Source: Octopus sinensis
Lineage: Eukaryota
Direction of reading: 5' to 3'
Length of the DNA: 64,000 nucleotides
Assembly: GCF_006345805.1 (NCBI RefSeq)
Contig: NW_021834286.1
Span: 1-64,000 of the forward strand
In this document: piece after piece, positions 1 to 16,156 of the stretch
Position numbering within the stretch: the first letter of the stretch is position 1
Layout: every line of letters starts with the position of its first letter
Notes under the pieces: generated by a model
Told to the model about the DNA's origin: nothing
The model's input: the letters and a program-made list of their open reading frames with translations, nothing else
Database searches by the model: none
Made by a program: the position numbers and the translations under genes

Positions 1-455
1 TGCCGGGTTCAGTCCTACTGCGTGGCACTTTGAGCAAGCGTCTTCTACTATAGCCTCGGGCAGACTAAAGCTTCGTGTGTAGATATGGTTGACGGAAACT
101 GACAAGAAGCCCGTCGTATATATATATGTGTGTGTGTGTGGTGTGTGTGTGTGTGTGTGTGGTGTGGTATGTGTGTATGCGCATGTGTGTGTGTGAGTGT
201 GTGTTTGTGTATGTGAGTGTGTGTATGTGTGTGTGCTTGTGTGTGTTTGTGTGTCTGGTTGTCCCCCAACATCGCTTGACAACCGATGCTGGTGTGTTTA
301 CGTCTCCGTAACTTAGCGGTTCGGCAAAAAGAGACCGATAGAATAAGTACTAGGCTTACAAAGAATAAGTCCTGGGGTCGATTTGCTCGAATAAAGGCGG
401 TGCTCCAGCATGGCCGCAGTAAAATGACTGAAACAAGTAAAAGAGAGTAAAAGAG
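1..455 (+). mobile_element. tRNA-derived SINE, family A (5' end cut by window edge), with internal (GT)n microsatellite
   Basis: B-box-like GGGTTCAGTCC at the start; body (gaagcccgtcgtata...cttgacaaccgatgctggtgtgtttacgtc...ctggggtcgatttgctcga...tgactgaaacaagtaaaagag) aligns with the copies at 19124, 23658 and 34684. Confidence 0.9.
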
Positions 456-644
456 GGACAATGCGAAAGATCTTTAAAATTTGACAAACACAGAATCGTG
501 CTCATGGCAATCTCAAGGTATATATAAATCTAATCTCATATAAATGTAGAGAAAATACCATGCTCTAACATGAAAGTAAACTAGGGCATATAAATTATAG
601 TGTGACGGAAATTATGCAAGGTAATATCTAAATAAACATTTGTT

Positions 645-1050
645 TTCTCTTGTACTTGCTTTAATCATAGGAATATGGGGTCTACTTGGAGAGATGGGCG
701 ATATAACTTATTTTTTATACATTTATATATTTTTATTTTAAATTTTGATTAGTTTTGAAATCTCGTACTTATTCTATGCTAAAACGCATAGGACGAAAAG
801 CAAGCTAACATCATGAGGACGAAGTCAACATCGAGTTTCAGATAATAAGGGGCAGACAAAAACAAATATGTGCGCGTGCACACATACAGATGCAAACACG
901 CATACACACTTCCACACAGCTACCGTCCCCTAAACTCATTTCCAAGGCATTGATTGGTCGGAGGCTATAGCAGAAGACTCTTGCCAAAGGTGCCATGTCG
1001 AGTGACTGAAGTTGAAACCAAACGGTTACAAAACAAACTTTTAACCATAC
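645..1050 (-). mobile_element. degenerate SINE family A copy
   Basis: Reverse-complement matches: gtacttattctat, caaggc..ttggtcg gaggctatagcagaagactcttgccaaaggtgcca. Confidence 0.7.
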
Positions 1051-1133
1051 GCGTACGCACACGAAAAACACATCTACTCGTGCACACACGAACACACAAC
1101 GACACACAAACATACATGTGTGTGTGTGTGTGT

Positions 1134-1175
<42 letters not shown>

Positions 1176-2040
1176 TGTGTGTGTGTTACGAATCAGATAC
1201 TAATATCTGAGAAACAGTAATGTGAGAAATAATAATGTGAGAATATACATGAATTTAAATTTGCAAAGCGATGAAAATATGAAGTTAGCGCTTTTCTCCG
1301 GAGAAACAATTCCAAGTTATTACGTTTAAATATGAGAGAAAAAAAAGGCAAGAGAATTAACTACATTTAAGTAATGAGCACTAGTATGAGAATATTAAAA
1401 GAAATAGAATATATTCGCATAAAAATGAGGAACTGACAGAATCTTTATTGTATTGATGAGATTGCTTGGCAGTATTTGCTCCGACGCTCTACGCTCAGAA
1501 TCTAAATACGTCTTTGGTCATCTTAGTATTTCATCGTTTCGGTAGTTAATAAAAGTGTAACGATCCAGGGCGATAATTTGACGGAATTGTTAGAAGATCT
1601 GGCGAAATGATTTACAGTATAAATCTCGTATCTTAGAGTTCTGGCACCAACACTTATGACAGCACATGAAGAAAGCTGTATATGTCCATAGGAGCAGATA
1701 TTAACTTGGCTATATGCAAATATTTTGGGATGGACACACACGCATATCTTCATACATGCACACATACGTATTGTTATATAGTTATATTTCGGGAGAGTCG
1801 TCTTTTTTAACAAATAAACAACAGTATATGGTTGTTCTTCACTTCAGCTTCATAGATGTTCTTATTTTAGTGTCCATTCTTTGAACTCTTTCGTCACAGA
1901 TCATATGACCTCTTCAGCGACTCACCATTCCAAATGTCTTCTACTGTCCTGTTTCGTTTATTCTGCCTTTCTGAGAGGGTGATATAACAATATATGTTTC
2001 AAGACACGATATCATACACATCAGGAAACTTGCAAAACAA

Positions 2041-2071
<31 letters not shown>

Positions 2072-3499
2072 TGTATGTATGTATGTATGTATGTATGTAT
2101 GTATGTATATGTCTGTCTGTTTGCTTGCGTGCGCATTTGTGCGTATTTGGTTTGCAAGCTTCTTGATGTGAATTCGTGTCATGAAAGAAATACTTTTGAA
2201 CCTTGTATATATATGAAAATGTATATGTATATGTTTATATATATATACATACACACACACACATATATATATACATATGTATGTATGTATATATATGTGT
2301 GTGTATGTGTATGCTTGAGTGAGTGTGTGTGTGTGTGTGTACATATAAAGCCAAATCAAATATTAAAAGCTGAACATTATATCTCGATCACTAACAACAA
2401 CAGGTAAGAAAACAACAAGGACGCATATATGGAATGTATTAGCTCGACATTCAATAAAGGTGGAAATATATGCATATATAGATAAATATGTGTGTACATG
2501 TGTGTGTGTGTGAATGTGTGTGTAAATGTATTTGTATGCGTCCGTGCGTGTGTGACTTTACATGCGAGTCTGTGTTGGGCGTCAGCTGGTCAATAGTAAC
2601 AACAGAAATGGAAAAACTATTTATACATATGGACATTAGCGTTTGTTATTCATTAATAATATCTCTTTAAAATAAACAATAAATTTAAATACTGTGTTAA
2701 GTTGAATATATGATGACCCCAAGCCCCCACACCATCACCACAATTATCATCTAAAGTTATTCTGAATATTTAAAGATAAACACTTGCTAATTGTTCAGAG
2801 ATATTTAATTAAGACACAGAATATATTCGAGCTTAAATTACTTGCTATTTGTGTGAAGTTCATATGAATGATTAAGCTACGTCTCCGTATAATCTGATGA
2901 AGCATAATTCTATAATGCATAGACAAGATTTACAACAAATGTGTAGCTTCTTTCGAAACAAAAACTTAAAGGATCAGCAGAGCACCCTAAACAAGAATAA
3001 TACTCAAGGCCAAGTTACCTTCTTTGGCATTGATGATAGAACTGAGCAATTTACATCCTACCGATCGTACTTTATATTTAAGGACGATGAAACGAAGTTT
3101 CGTTCGAGATCATGTAGAATTTTAAAACTCTATATATGTGATACGGTAAAATACAAGATAATATTACATCTAAACATAAAAAAGTATCATTGCTATCGTA
3201 GTAGAATAACACCTACAAATAACTGTAAATGAATGTTTCAAATTCATTCCAATAAAACTAGCACTAAATTCCGATAATTTAATATATAATGTCGCCAAAC
3301 GTCTAACATATATTAAATACACATAATTGTACAAAAATCTTAGCTGAACTCCCTGAAGCATCTCAGACGCAGAAATATAAACTATTCCACATAGAAAAAA
3401 AGTTGTATCATAATACAACATGAATTTATTTAGCCATATTATATTGTTATCATTTATCATTTATTATCATTTATTCCATAAGCATACATCGCTTATGGA

Positions 3500-3800
3500 A
3501 TAAATGATTTCGTAGGATTATATTTCTTATCTGATACCAAGTTTTCGTATATCGATGGAGGACTATATAGAGATGAGGGTTGAATTTATCTTTTTGGAAA
3601 AGGAATCCATAACAAACAGCAGATTTGAATAAATTTGGAGACTTCCAAAATCCTCTCTTTCTCTTTTTAACGCTAGTCTGAAATTCTAAATGATATTCAC
3701 AAGCGCTAAGAATATACGAAGTCAGGCTAAGAATATACGAAGTCATAAATATTTCGCGGAATCTAGTTGATATCTCAGGCAGTAAATAATGCAAGCAAAT
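3500..3800 (-). mobile_element. mariner-like transposase C-terminal remnant
   Basis: Minus-strand translation TSYILSACEYHLEFQTSVKK...FKSAVCYGFLFQKDKF...LHRYTK resembles the mariner YSPDLAPCDYHLF...VK.AV..F...QDK.F...LV.RW.K tail; heavily decayed. Confidence 0.5.
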
Positions 3801-4268
3801 TGAGGATATTCTTTACAGAAGTGGGTTCAAAGCGAAAATTATCTTTACTGCGTATACCACAAAAATTGCACCCATAAGGATGCATAGAAACCTTTCCTCT
3901 GTGTAACCCATTATTGAATTTAGCTAGAACTGTATATATGTGTAAGTATATAGATGTATAGTTATGTGTATATGAGAATGTCTGTATATGTGCGTGTCTG
4001 TGTGTGTGTGTGTGTGTTTCATACACATTGAATAATATACAGCGGTGTGTGACAAATTCATTATTTCAGAGGTCATCTTGTTCAAAGATTGGCTGAGGCT
4101 AAACAGGCATTGTGATGTTTAGTTTACAACGATGGCATTTAATCATGGCGTGTTGAGAATTATATATCTCTTTGCTCGTAGGTATGTGGTTGTTAACTAA
4201 GGTACAATATTTCGATTTTCCTATAAATATGAGACATTCTGTCTTCAAAGTGCTTTGCTTGCAATATA

Positions 4269-4316
<48 letters not shown>

Positions 4317-4775
4317 GAATACGACTGTGTGTCTGGATAGCAAGGTAATTTCCTTTTTTTTTATGAAGGTATGTGTATAACAAGAATTGTTGGCCTATAT
4401 CCGACGCATATTCTGTTTATAATATCTTACTTATTTTTAATCGATAGAAGATCAATATTGCAGTATTACTCTGTACTCCATGAAGTAAATTAATTGGACC
4501 ATTAGCTAATCACGCTGTATCATATATATTCGTACGCAAATTACGTACGTAAATACATGAGATTTTTGCTCCGCATACACATGCATACATGCACGCACGC
4601 TGTTTTTGTATACACTCAGGTGTATACATGTATTTATATAGATATACATGCACATATACAGGTACATAAAAGTATGTAGGTTGATTCATATACAAAAATA
4701 TATATGTATATGCATATATATATTCACATATACATATATATATATATATATGTATATGTATATATATATATATCA

Positions 4776-4822
<47 letters not shown>

Positions 4823-4930
4823 AAGAAGCGTATCTATTTCCTTACATGGTACATTTGGTGAACTTGTATATATATATACAATATATACTAAAAATGTGTC
4901 TATATATTGATAAGTTACTCTTGGTGAACT

Positions 4931-4978
<48 letters not shown>

Positions 4979-5526
4979 CATCTGCACATATGTACTTGTA
5001 TGTATGCATATGTATATTATCTAATTAAATGGGGATATACACAAATATGTGTAAATGTATATGTGTTTGTATGCGTGTATAATACGATAGTGTATATATT
5101 TTTATACCTTATACTCTAGGCTGTATTGCGTGCGCTTATTTTTGTTGAAGACTAACCGTACTCTATGGATACACACAAACAGATATTCAAACACACACAC
5201 ACAAGAAACAGAGATACATATGTATATTATTGTATATGTTTATGCAGATCTTTATGTGCGTATATATTCGACATTTACAATATTATGGTTCATTTTTAAT
5301 CTACCTCCTATTATTCCTTACCACAGTGTTGGCGTATACATCCATATCTATCTATCTATGTATCAACATATCTACACATACACACTCACGTAAACACATA
5401 GATATCACACACATAAATATATACAAATGTATATTTAGATATACACACATATACATATATGTATATATATATCTACATACACGCACATATATATGTATAC
5501 ATATATACGTACATATCTGCATATAA

Positions 5527-5565
<39 letters not shown>

Positions 5566-5835
5566 GTTTTCATACAAATTCGTATATTTGTATCAGTATA
5601 CGTTTGTGTGTATGTATTTCTTCTTTCATTTTGCTTCATATTTTGTCGATATTGGATTCATTGTCAGCCAATATTCGTCGTATATTTAATAAATATTATT
5701 TATTTCTATAGACAATAAAGATAATATACTTAAAATATCTCCCTTTTGAAAATTACGATGTTATTGATATTGTCAAAATAGTGAATTAATGAAAGCTTTT
5801 AACAAAATCGTATAATGAATGTAAGGAATGCTTGT

Positions 5836-5888
<53 letters not shown>

Positions 5889-5998
5889 TATACATATATA
5901 ATATATATATATATATATATACATCTATGTATGTATATGTATATAAGACATATATATATGTATCATAATGTATATGTTTATACATAGGCATATTTTTA

Positions 5999-6043
<45 letters not shown>

Positions 6044-6533
6044 AGGTTACCCTTAGTCATTCTGTTTTTCTATTTAGCCCCCTATCTTGCAATCTGTCTA
6101 TCTATATTTATGTTATTTCTTTGTTCTTTTATAATATTGTATATAACACACACACACACGCCTATATATATGTATGATGTACAGTATATGATATATATAT
6201 TCATACACAAGGGTCTATAATGACATATACGTACACGCACTGACACGCAAGCACACCTTCCAAAGCATTTTAATGCATTCACACAGATATATGCGTAAAT
6301 ATTTATCTACATACATGCCAATCTGCCTACTTCAATTCTTTTTTGTATACCTGCCTATATACGAGAATACAAATTAATCCATCGCGCCCTCTCTCCTTGT
6401 ACATGTAATTACATACATATAAACATATAAATATATATGTATATACATGCACATTATACCTCTGTGTGTGTATGTAAGTATATATATGAACTGGCAATTA
6501 TATGGCCATTTACGTACGCATACGCATACACAC

Positions 6534-6597
<64 letters not shown>

Positions 6598-6869
6598 TAT
6601 ATATATGTACATACACACATACATCTGTGTGAGGGTGGGTTTGTCAGGAGTGTTTACTTTAATGGGGAAATGCATTTTTCTATATTTGTATATTTGATTT
6701 TGATTGCATGTCTGCCATATTTAAAATGATAATGAATCTGAAGTAAAACCTATGTTTCACTAATGAAGATAGAAAACAAACATATGCTTAATGACTACAA
6801 GATAAAGAAAAAAAAAAGAATCAAATCATTAGATTAAGAATAATTTGCGTATCTAAATTTGCAATGAGA

Positions 6870-7750
6870 AAATACGTATACAGCAATGCAGATGTTATTT
6901 TAACTGCATTCATTCGTTAATATCCTTTGCCTTCATTGATGGTTTCCCACTGCAATAATGCAAAGAATTATCTGATAAATGTCTTAAAGGATCACTAAGG
7001 TTCACTATTTACAACGATGTTGTATTCCCACGCTGTTGAACTTACTCTGATAAGCCTCTGATCTTTTGAAAACATACTCATTATACTCTGGCTAGTTTGA
7101 GCAAATGTCTTCAAAATTCTCATGCTATAAAACTTTAATTATGGGATGGGATGGAAAGGTTTATAAAGCTTCCATCTATTTTAGAATATACTTGCTTCTT
7201 TTCTTACTCAAATACATCAACATTTGACGATTTAGCCCGTATAACTAAAATCATACTAGCATCTTCACACTCACTTTCTCTTACACATACAAATATATAT
7301 CGACATGTAGGTGAGTATGCGTACCTATCCTATACACACACACACATACGTATGTATGTATATAATAGGCAACGGAAAATGCATTTGGTATTTTAAGGTT
7401 AATAAACTATACACGTGTTTCAATATATCCAGTGCCAAGATTACGCAACATTTTGTTGAAGTTAGAACATATCGCACCTCTTCAGTTTGTTTGACGAAAA
7501 AATTAAAAAGACCTTCTTTTACATCCAAGATTTTTCGTGTTAGTTTATGAGTTTTATATGTTTAGTTTGGAACAAAATCTTTCTTAGGCCATTTATGTTT
7601 CAAGAGCGGGTGAAGCATAATTTTTGTCAACCAAATTTTGCGCTAGAGACGGTGGACAATTCGTGGATCTGGAGAAGCCCATCCATATTGCCCTGAACTT
7701 CAACGGATTACAGTATCACATACTTCTGAAAACAACTGCTTAGAAGTATA
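6870..7750. mobile_element. decayed mariner-like fragments (mixed orientation)
   Basis: Minus strand DVKEGLFNFFVKQTEE resembles the mariner C-terminus; plus strand DLEKPIHIALNFNGLQYHIL resembles WEVLPHPPYSPDLAPSDYHLF. Confidence 0.35.
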
Positions 7751-7907
7751 GTCATGCCTCAGTATTTTTATAATCCCGTGATAGTCATTAATCATTTTTT
7801 TTCCTATCAAGTAAAACCTACCGCAAGGAAATATATATTGCTTGTCACTTAGTCGAATACTTCCCGACAGCTATCTTATTCTATCTCTCTCGCATATCCC
7901 TCTGCTG

Positions 7908-7971
<64 letters not shown>

Positions 7972-8739
7972 TTCCCTCTCTCTCTCTCTCGGTTTTTTCT
8001 CTCTTTCTTTCGCAAACTCGTTCGCTCGGTATTTCGCTCTTTCACCTTCTCTTTATTTCAATATCTCTATCATCCTTATTTCTCTCTCTCTCTAATCCTG
8101 ATGAATTCTATCATCCTTAAAACATACTTTGCTAAATGCGAAATTGTATGTACCGAGGTTGAAGCTTTCTTCCAAGACCAGGTGTCATTGAAATGTCTTG
8201 CAGCATATATATATATGTACACACATACACGCACCCCCCACACACACGTGAATACTTGAATACGCAATACGCACACGCACTCACATATGTATATAGATAG
8301 ATATACTTACAAAGAAAAGACTCTGGCATACGACGGTGATACTGTTACTATCTTTCTTTTACAAATAGATTTGATATACTACTTCTATGTGAATGTGTGT
8401 CAATTATGAGGTGCATGCCATTAGAATTACGAAGAAATATGATACCTAGAAAAATTAAGGGCATTATCCTTGGTAATATTGTGTGTTTGTTGCAATATAT
8501 AATTTTTTTATAGAGTTTAAGGAAATTACATTGGTTCTACACGATTTTTTAAGACAACTGTGCTTTATGTTTTCTTTTTTTTTCTTTTTCATTGTTTTCG
8601 TTTTTTTCGAAATGGTTATCATAAATGTCCTGCAACCCTCTCCAGATATGTATGGAAGTTGAGAAACACGGTGATAATATTTTAGTATTTAAAAAGTAAT
8701 TTGGGATTTTAGTAAACCTTATAGGCACAGTTCAGGTCC

Positions 8740-9400
8740 CTTTCGTTACTGTCCCAGAAAAGCCTATCAGATTTTAACGAAGTGAACTTAGTCTACCAAC
8801 TGTTCAAAGGTAAGTGGTGAAATTGTCTGCAAGTGCCACAGGGAAATAAATCTAATTTAATTAATTTTAACAAGGCAATTCATCGTACGTTACAAACTCA
8901 GTTAAAAAAACAGAAGACATCTACCCGATGATCTTACGTATTTTACGTCATCTGCTTGCTGTGTTTTTAGACTATTCGATATTTATTTTTCTGATTGCCC
9001 TCGATGGTTCAAGTCGTGCTTTCATATTAACTTTATATAGGTTTATGCTGTGTATCGGAGTATACATGATTTTTTTTTTATATCTTTCGCCGATTATCAC
9101 CTGGCTAAAGTGAAACTTCCAACCAGAAAGACGCTGACTGAAAAAAGTGGTCTCTTGTTAAGAAATTAAATCAATGCTATTATTCTCAAGTTTCAATATA
9201 TATCATCGGTCTGTTGTCACAATCGCTATAAACTATTTTGAACAGAGCTTATCAAGGTTTCTACGGAATCAAACAGAACGAAAATTCAATACTCACCACT
9301 CAACAAATAATCCTTTACACCTCAGAGTTAGTAAACTTCGGGATGTTATATCTATCTTTCTAAGCTCAAAGTTCAAATCACGCCAACTTAAATTAACCTT
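8740..9400 (-). mobile_element. decayed Tc1/mariner-superfamily transposase remnant
   Basis: Minus-strand pieces FIAIVTTDR (cf. IVT.DE) and KLDLFPCG (cf. PLDFFLWG) occur in the expected order; many stops and frameshifts. Confidence 0.35.
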
Positions 9401-10139
9401 TCATTTTGTAGGGCCAAATTCTGAAATGTCAATACATGGTGGTGAAATGGCATTACTGCGTAAGGGTCGAGGAAGATGTCTAGCAGTATCGGTTCCAGCG
9501 TGTCTGTTTGAATTCAGACCGCAATGCCAGCTAATGTGTGGGCTCAAGTCGGTGTTACTTCCCTTTAATAAACATCATTGTCTACTATCAAGTTCTGTCG
9601 TAGTTGAGATATGGTGTCTTCTGTCCCTCAACGGAGATGACAGCTATGCCAGTGAAACGCAGTCTCCCAGAGGGCGTCGTATGGCAGACAGGCCAACAGA
9701 TAGAAGCTAAGCTAATATAGGCCACCTCTTCCTAGAGATAAAAATGCATCTGAGTAAGGCTAACAGCCCCTACTTATGAAAAACATCTATAAAAATTCAA
9801 AACACAATCTGGGAGAAGGATGCCAAATTTCACGAAGACGTATCTTGCAGCACAGCAAAACCCGGAAAGATAAACGGATGAAGCTGGAAAGAAACAGGAA
9901 ATAGAGTACAAAGTCAAAAACAGGAGATGAATATCCTCGATTGCATATGCTACATAGAGAGCAGAGTGATTATGTAAAGCGAGTAAACACCGGTAATATT
10001 AAAAATTGCAAACATGGGCAACCACCAGTCTTCTTCAGAACATCTTGGCTAAGCTTGGACACATACACACACACACACACAGACACACTACTTTTTTATC
10101 TCCCCTTCTTGCTAGCTCTCCTGTCTGACCACCTCTGTC

Positions 10140-10600
<461 letters not shown>

Positions 10601-10764
10601 AACATGACTACAGCAGTTACAAAAAATTCTATCTCATATTTACTTCACTTACAACTAATCATACTGGATTAAGTCAACTTAAATCCTTATTAACATAATC
10701 TCATTAATTTCCCCCAGCTATTTTATTCTACCATCTATTACGTTGATATATAACCTTTATACTT

Positions 10765-10960
10765 GCATTTAATTGTATTAGTCATTAGATTGCAGCCAAG
10801 CTGGGGCATCGTCTTGAAGAATTTCTAATCGAAGAACATTTTTATTAAACTTGGTTTATTCTATAGGTCACTTTTTGGCCAAAGCACTAATTTACGGGGA
10901 CGTAAACACACTAACACCTGTTGTCAAGCGGTGTTGGGAGACAAACACAGACACAAAAAC
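10765..10960 (-). mobile_element. SINE family A 3' half
   Basis: ttacggggacgtaaacacactaacacctgttgtcaagcggtgttggg matches the reverse complement of the family A body. Confidence 0.75.
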
Positions 10961-11120
10961 ACACATGTATGTATACATGCATGTATGTATGTATGTATGT
11001 ATGTATGTAAGTATGTGTGTACGTAGGGATGCATGCATAAATATATACGTAAATATATTTATGCATATATATATATATATACATATATATGCATAAATAT
11101 ATACGTAAATATATTTATGC

Positions 11121-11165
<45 letters not shown>

Positions 11166-11256
11166 ATATATAATATATATATATATTACATATATATATA
11201 TACATATATATATCTATCTATATCTATTCATAAATATATTTACGTATATATATAGT

Positions 11257-11290
<34 letters not shown>

Positions 11291-11334
11291 TGGTGACGCA
11301 AGCAGCAAAAATATAGAACTGAAGATATATTATT

Positions 11335-11715
11335 TTTTCCCTTGTTTCAGTCATCTAATTGCGGCCATGTTGGAGCCCCGTCATTAATCGAAGAAATCGA
11401 GCCCACGACATATTCGTCATAACCCTAGTACTTATACTATTGGTCTCCTCTGCCGAAACGCTAGATTACGAGAACGTAAACGGATCAGAATCGGTTTTGA
11501 CGCGATTGTGTTGGGGACAAGCACAGGCACACAAATACATACATACATATATTTTATATATATATATACGACGGGATTCTTTCAGTTTCCATTTAGTAAA
11601 TCCACTTCTATCGTTTTAATAGACCCGAGACTACAATAGAAGATACTTAGCTAAGTTTCCACGCAGTAGGATTGAATCTTCAATTATGTGTTGGGAAGCA
11701 AGCTACTTACCACAC
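11335..11715 (-). mobile_element. SINE family A, near full length, diverged
   Basis: cttgtttcagtcat...tatacgacggg..ttcagtttcc...gggaagcaagctacttaccacac. Confidence 0.85.
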
Positions 11716-11724
11716 GTCCTTGTT

Positions 11725-11813
<89 letters not shown>

Positions 11814-12391
11814 ATATATATATATGTATGCAATAGATAGATAATAGATAGATAGATATATACATACATATATATATACATATATACAAACATACATACA
11901 TACATACATACATACATACATACATACATAGACAGATATCATACATACACAGAAATAACAATTCCCCACTCACACATACGAAAAGTTACACGGCAGTTTC
12001 CAAAACTTCACCACGAAACTACTTTAACTCCTAAAAATCTACCTTAACTTTTTGACACCTACTGTATTGTGTACACGCACAAACACATGCGTATACATAT
12101 TACCTGCATATATCATATTCAAAATAAACTAATTGTGTAGAAAATGCATTCAATTCAGTGCTTTTTGAAAATGTGTTGTTGCACTTTTTCTCTTGATTCT
12201 ACTCTGTTAAGGTCAACAGATACCTTTTGATTATAGGCATTGCACTATTTGTCGTTTGCGCTGCACTACCTAATGGCAATTGTATGCATAAGACGTACAG
12301 AATATGTGTCTAACGAGTTGTATTCTTTCCATCCGTATTTGTGCATATATGCCTATATCCGCGCGAATGAACGATATACATATGTATGTAC

Positions 12392-12467
<76 letters not shown>

Positions 12468-12557
12468 AATATGTATGTATATGTATATATACACATATAT
12501 AAATATATATGCATACATACATATATATACACATAAATACATACATATATATATATG

Positions 12558-12608
<51 letters not shown>

Positions 12609-12937
12609 GTTTGTGTGTTTGTGTGTGCGTGCGCATGTGTAGTTATGTGGATGTATGTATGAATCTATTTACATATACATATATGTGGAGTGTGTTAGTG
12701 TACGCGGAATGAAACGGGATAATTGTGTGACATAATAATAATGGCATTTGGCCGGAGAATATATATTGTAGTGGGTCATTTTTGGAAATTGTTGCTAAGT
12801 GTGCGTTATTCATTTTCAGAATGTGAATTATTGAGCTTATGAATAAGAATAGAAACTATTCCTACTGGTCAGAAATTTGCGATGACGAAGTTAAACCATG
12901 ATTATCATTATTACCAATAACCTTATGGGGATCCATC

Positions 12938-12975
<38 letters not shown>

Positions 12976-13738
12976 AATCACCATTTCACCCCTCCCCGTT
13001 GTGCTGTCGTCATCACCAAAATTATCAATGTTATGAGGGAACCTGAAAAGAGAAAGTGAAAGTTGAATTTAGCCACTCAATGTGAAGTCAATAAAACGAA
13101 TTTCACAACAAAAATGTCAATGATTGAGACGAATCATTCAAACACTGCAGAATGTGGAGCAATGGGGGAAAATATGTTATATGCTTGTGAAGTAAATGCT
13201 GTAGATATCACACTAAGTGTATAAATGCAGGGATCGCAAAGCATGTAAATATATGCAGCGGGATCAGAGCTAACTTAATAGATTCGAAGTGCCGTAAAGG
13301 TAGTGTAAACATGAGCCAGATGCTATGAAGAGTAATGCTAATAATTGGAGTTTATGAGATTTCTGCATAAAGAGTGGCTTCTGAAGTAAGGGGTTCATCT
13401 AAGATCTTGAAAGTGAAAAACCAAAACACACAGGGAGAACATTTGTGCTTCTATTTGGAATGATATTTCAGAGGATGTCAGGGAAGAAGTGAGAAATTTG
13501 AAATACCACGACTTATATAGAGACACGAAGTTATTCTGGAATTTAAGTTTGGTAATAGGACCTGCTGTTATTGGTCATATTTGCTACCTAAAAGGGAGAA
13601 ATGTATTGGAATTAGGTCACGTATTTCAAACAGAGTGACATCATAAAAGCTCCAAGAAATCTTAAGATTTTTATGATTTATAGTAACTTCTTGTCAAATG
13701 ATCTGTCCAACGGTTAACAATAGCAACAGCAACAGTAA

Positions 13739-13861
<123 letters not shown>

Positions 13862-13873
13862 AAATAATAATAA

Positions 13874-14450
13874 GTTACGACAGATTGTTACCTACATACA
13901 CTGGAAGCTATGACAACATTATAGAATAACAACAGAAAAAAGATGGTATAGGCACTCGCCAGAAAAGGTCATAGAATACGAGAAAGCAACCATACTCTGG
14001 GATATGCCAATACACACAGATAGAGAAATTAAGGCCAATAGGTCAGATATAGTTGTCAGAGATCATGAAGAAAAAAGGGATTTCTAATTGATATATCAAT
14101 ACCAGCAGACGACTACGTTTCTCTAAAAAATGGAGAAACTTTTAAAATACAAAGATCTTGAAATAGAGGTAACTCGAACGTGGAATCTAAAACCAAACAA
14201 TTCCTATCATAATATGCGTGTTAGGTATGATAAAAAAATATTCAGACAAATACATTACAAAAACACCAGGACATACAAATATGTATAACATATAGAAAAT
14301 CGCACTACTGGGCACTGCACACATCCTACGCAAAACATTTTCAATACAGTTACCATAAGAGCATCACAGCAAACCACAGCACATACCCAAGGCACACAGA
14401 GCTGCGCTCGGTAGTGAAGTGAAAGTACGGTATAAAAATAAAACTACTGA
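13874..14450 (+). mobile_element. R4/Dong-type non-LTR retrotransposon 3' fragment (RLE domain plus 3'UTR), subfamily 1
   Basis: Translates with frameshifts to YIHWKL...WYRHSPEKVIEYEKATILWDMPIHTDREIKANRSDIVVRD...LIDISIP...KYKDLEIEV...ALLGTAHILRK, a PD-(D/E)xK restriction-like endonuclease C-terminus; flanked by (TAA)n. Confidence 0.9.
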
Positions 14451-14453
14451 ATG

Positions 14454-14491
<38 letters not shown>

Positions 14492-14557
14492 TATAATAAT
14501 AACAACAAAAACAACAGCAACAATAATAATAATAATAACAACAACTACAACAAAAAC

Positions 14558-14603
<46 letters not shown>

Positions 14604-14659
14604 GGAGAAGAAGAAGAACAACAACAATAATTATCCCTTGAGAACCAGCAGGCGATGGT

Positions 14660-14920
14660 TATTAGGTAGCATCTCTGAAGAACCATGTCTCAGAGAAATC
14701 CTAAAGATTGTGCCGAGAAGTACTACCCACATCCTGAGAAAAACCCTATTCATTGAAATGTCTGTGTCGTATTACATGAAGATATTCGGCTACTTTCCCT
14801 GCCACTTTCCCTCCTCCCCAATCTGTCAGGTATACGGTAATTTCTCTTATCATTCACTCGCCCTAGGACGTTGGGTGTGTGTCGGCAAGTGACTGGAACA
14901 AACATGCAGAATTATAGAAA
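14660..14920 (+). mobile_element. R4/Dong-type LINE short 3' fragment, subfamily 2
   Basis: LGSISEEPCLREILKIVPRSTTHILRKTL plus a 3'UTR homologous to 16940-17190; ends in (AAC/AAT)n. Confidence 0.8.
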
Positions 14921-14961
14921 ATAACAGTAACAACAACAACAATAACAATAGCAACAACAAC

Positions 14962-15007
<46 letters not shown>

Positions 15008-15018
15008 GTAATAATAAT

Positions 15019-15076
<58 letters not shown>

Positions 15077-15578
15077 TGGAAGTGTTATCATGTACATTGT
15101 TTTGTCTTGGTATAAAAGATGGGCTACAGCAAATATTCTGCTCAATACCACAGATTTGCTTGTCAGTTGTTTGGCCTTAACCAGTTGAGCATGTCCCTTA
15201 GTGGCTGACGATATGTGCATCTCTGATCACGAGCAGAAGTAGTGGGGGAGCATCATGGCCATGTGTTGAGAGGGATTCTTTGGGGTTTGAATAATTCACC
15301 TCTGGAAACATAGGTGTTTCGTTCAACATCCTAAAGCAACCCTTATTCAGGGACCTTTTGAGCAGGATGGGCTACTCAACCTGAAGAAAATTCTAACTGG
15401 GCCCCACCTGCAAGGTCATGTGCTGTTTATCTTGATATGAGATCACCATGTCGCGCACATATGGTTGTGATGCATGTGCCTGGTGTACCTTTATCAGACG
15501 GGTAGTCATGATGGGTATATTGGGCTTCGTATATTTTACCCCAGTGTCACTTTGATGGCATGAACTGCTCTCTCACTC
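15077..15578 (+). mobile_element. non-coding (TAA)n-inserted element, family D (5'-truncated)
   Basis: Highly similar to the reverse complement of 47749-48300; flanked by (TAA)n; no coding similarity seen. Confidence 0.85.
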
Positions 15579-16062
15579 AATAATAATAATAATATATCGA
15601 TTTAAGTAATGCTCATTAAAATTATTGGACTATATCCGATTTAATACACATCACAAACACGTAAGTACGTAAACTAATTAATTCCGTACACACCCTAGTT
15701 TACCATGAACACCTTTTAATATTTCAAAATAACATTAAGTAATGTATAAACAAGCGCACATACATATACATAAGCGAATCGAATAAAATCAAACGACAAA
15801 GACTAGTCGTTATTGATCACAAACCATTAAACAGATATGTGTGTGTGTGTGAGTGTATGTATATGTGTATATATACACCCCATGGCATTAAACAAATATA
15901 TACCCTACAAAGAAAAAATAAGAGTCGATATTAGTTTTTTTTACCATTTCTTTGTCTCATTTGGCTACATTTATTTGCGTATAATTATAGAAGCAGCGCT
16001 CTATCAAATTGTCTACGGTGATAAAACCCGGAGCCTAGTTGTAATACGAAAGTGTTAATGAC

Positions 16063-16153
<91 letters not shown>

Positions 16154-16156
16154 CTA

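Noticed and set aside
2890-2930. CTGATGA followed by a small gcat/atgc hairpin
   Set aside because: No GAAA or stem III follows, so it is not a hammerhead
9640-9860. RTE-like 5'UTR (ggctaacagccccta...tgaaaa), potentially with an HDV-like ribozyme
   Set aside because: Could not fold the nested pseudoknot by eye; too decayed
13150-13700. Possible CR1/L2-type ORF1 remnant
   Set aside because: Only vague similarity (LIIGVYE, LLVIFAT), too degraded to call
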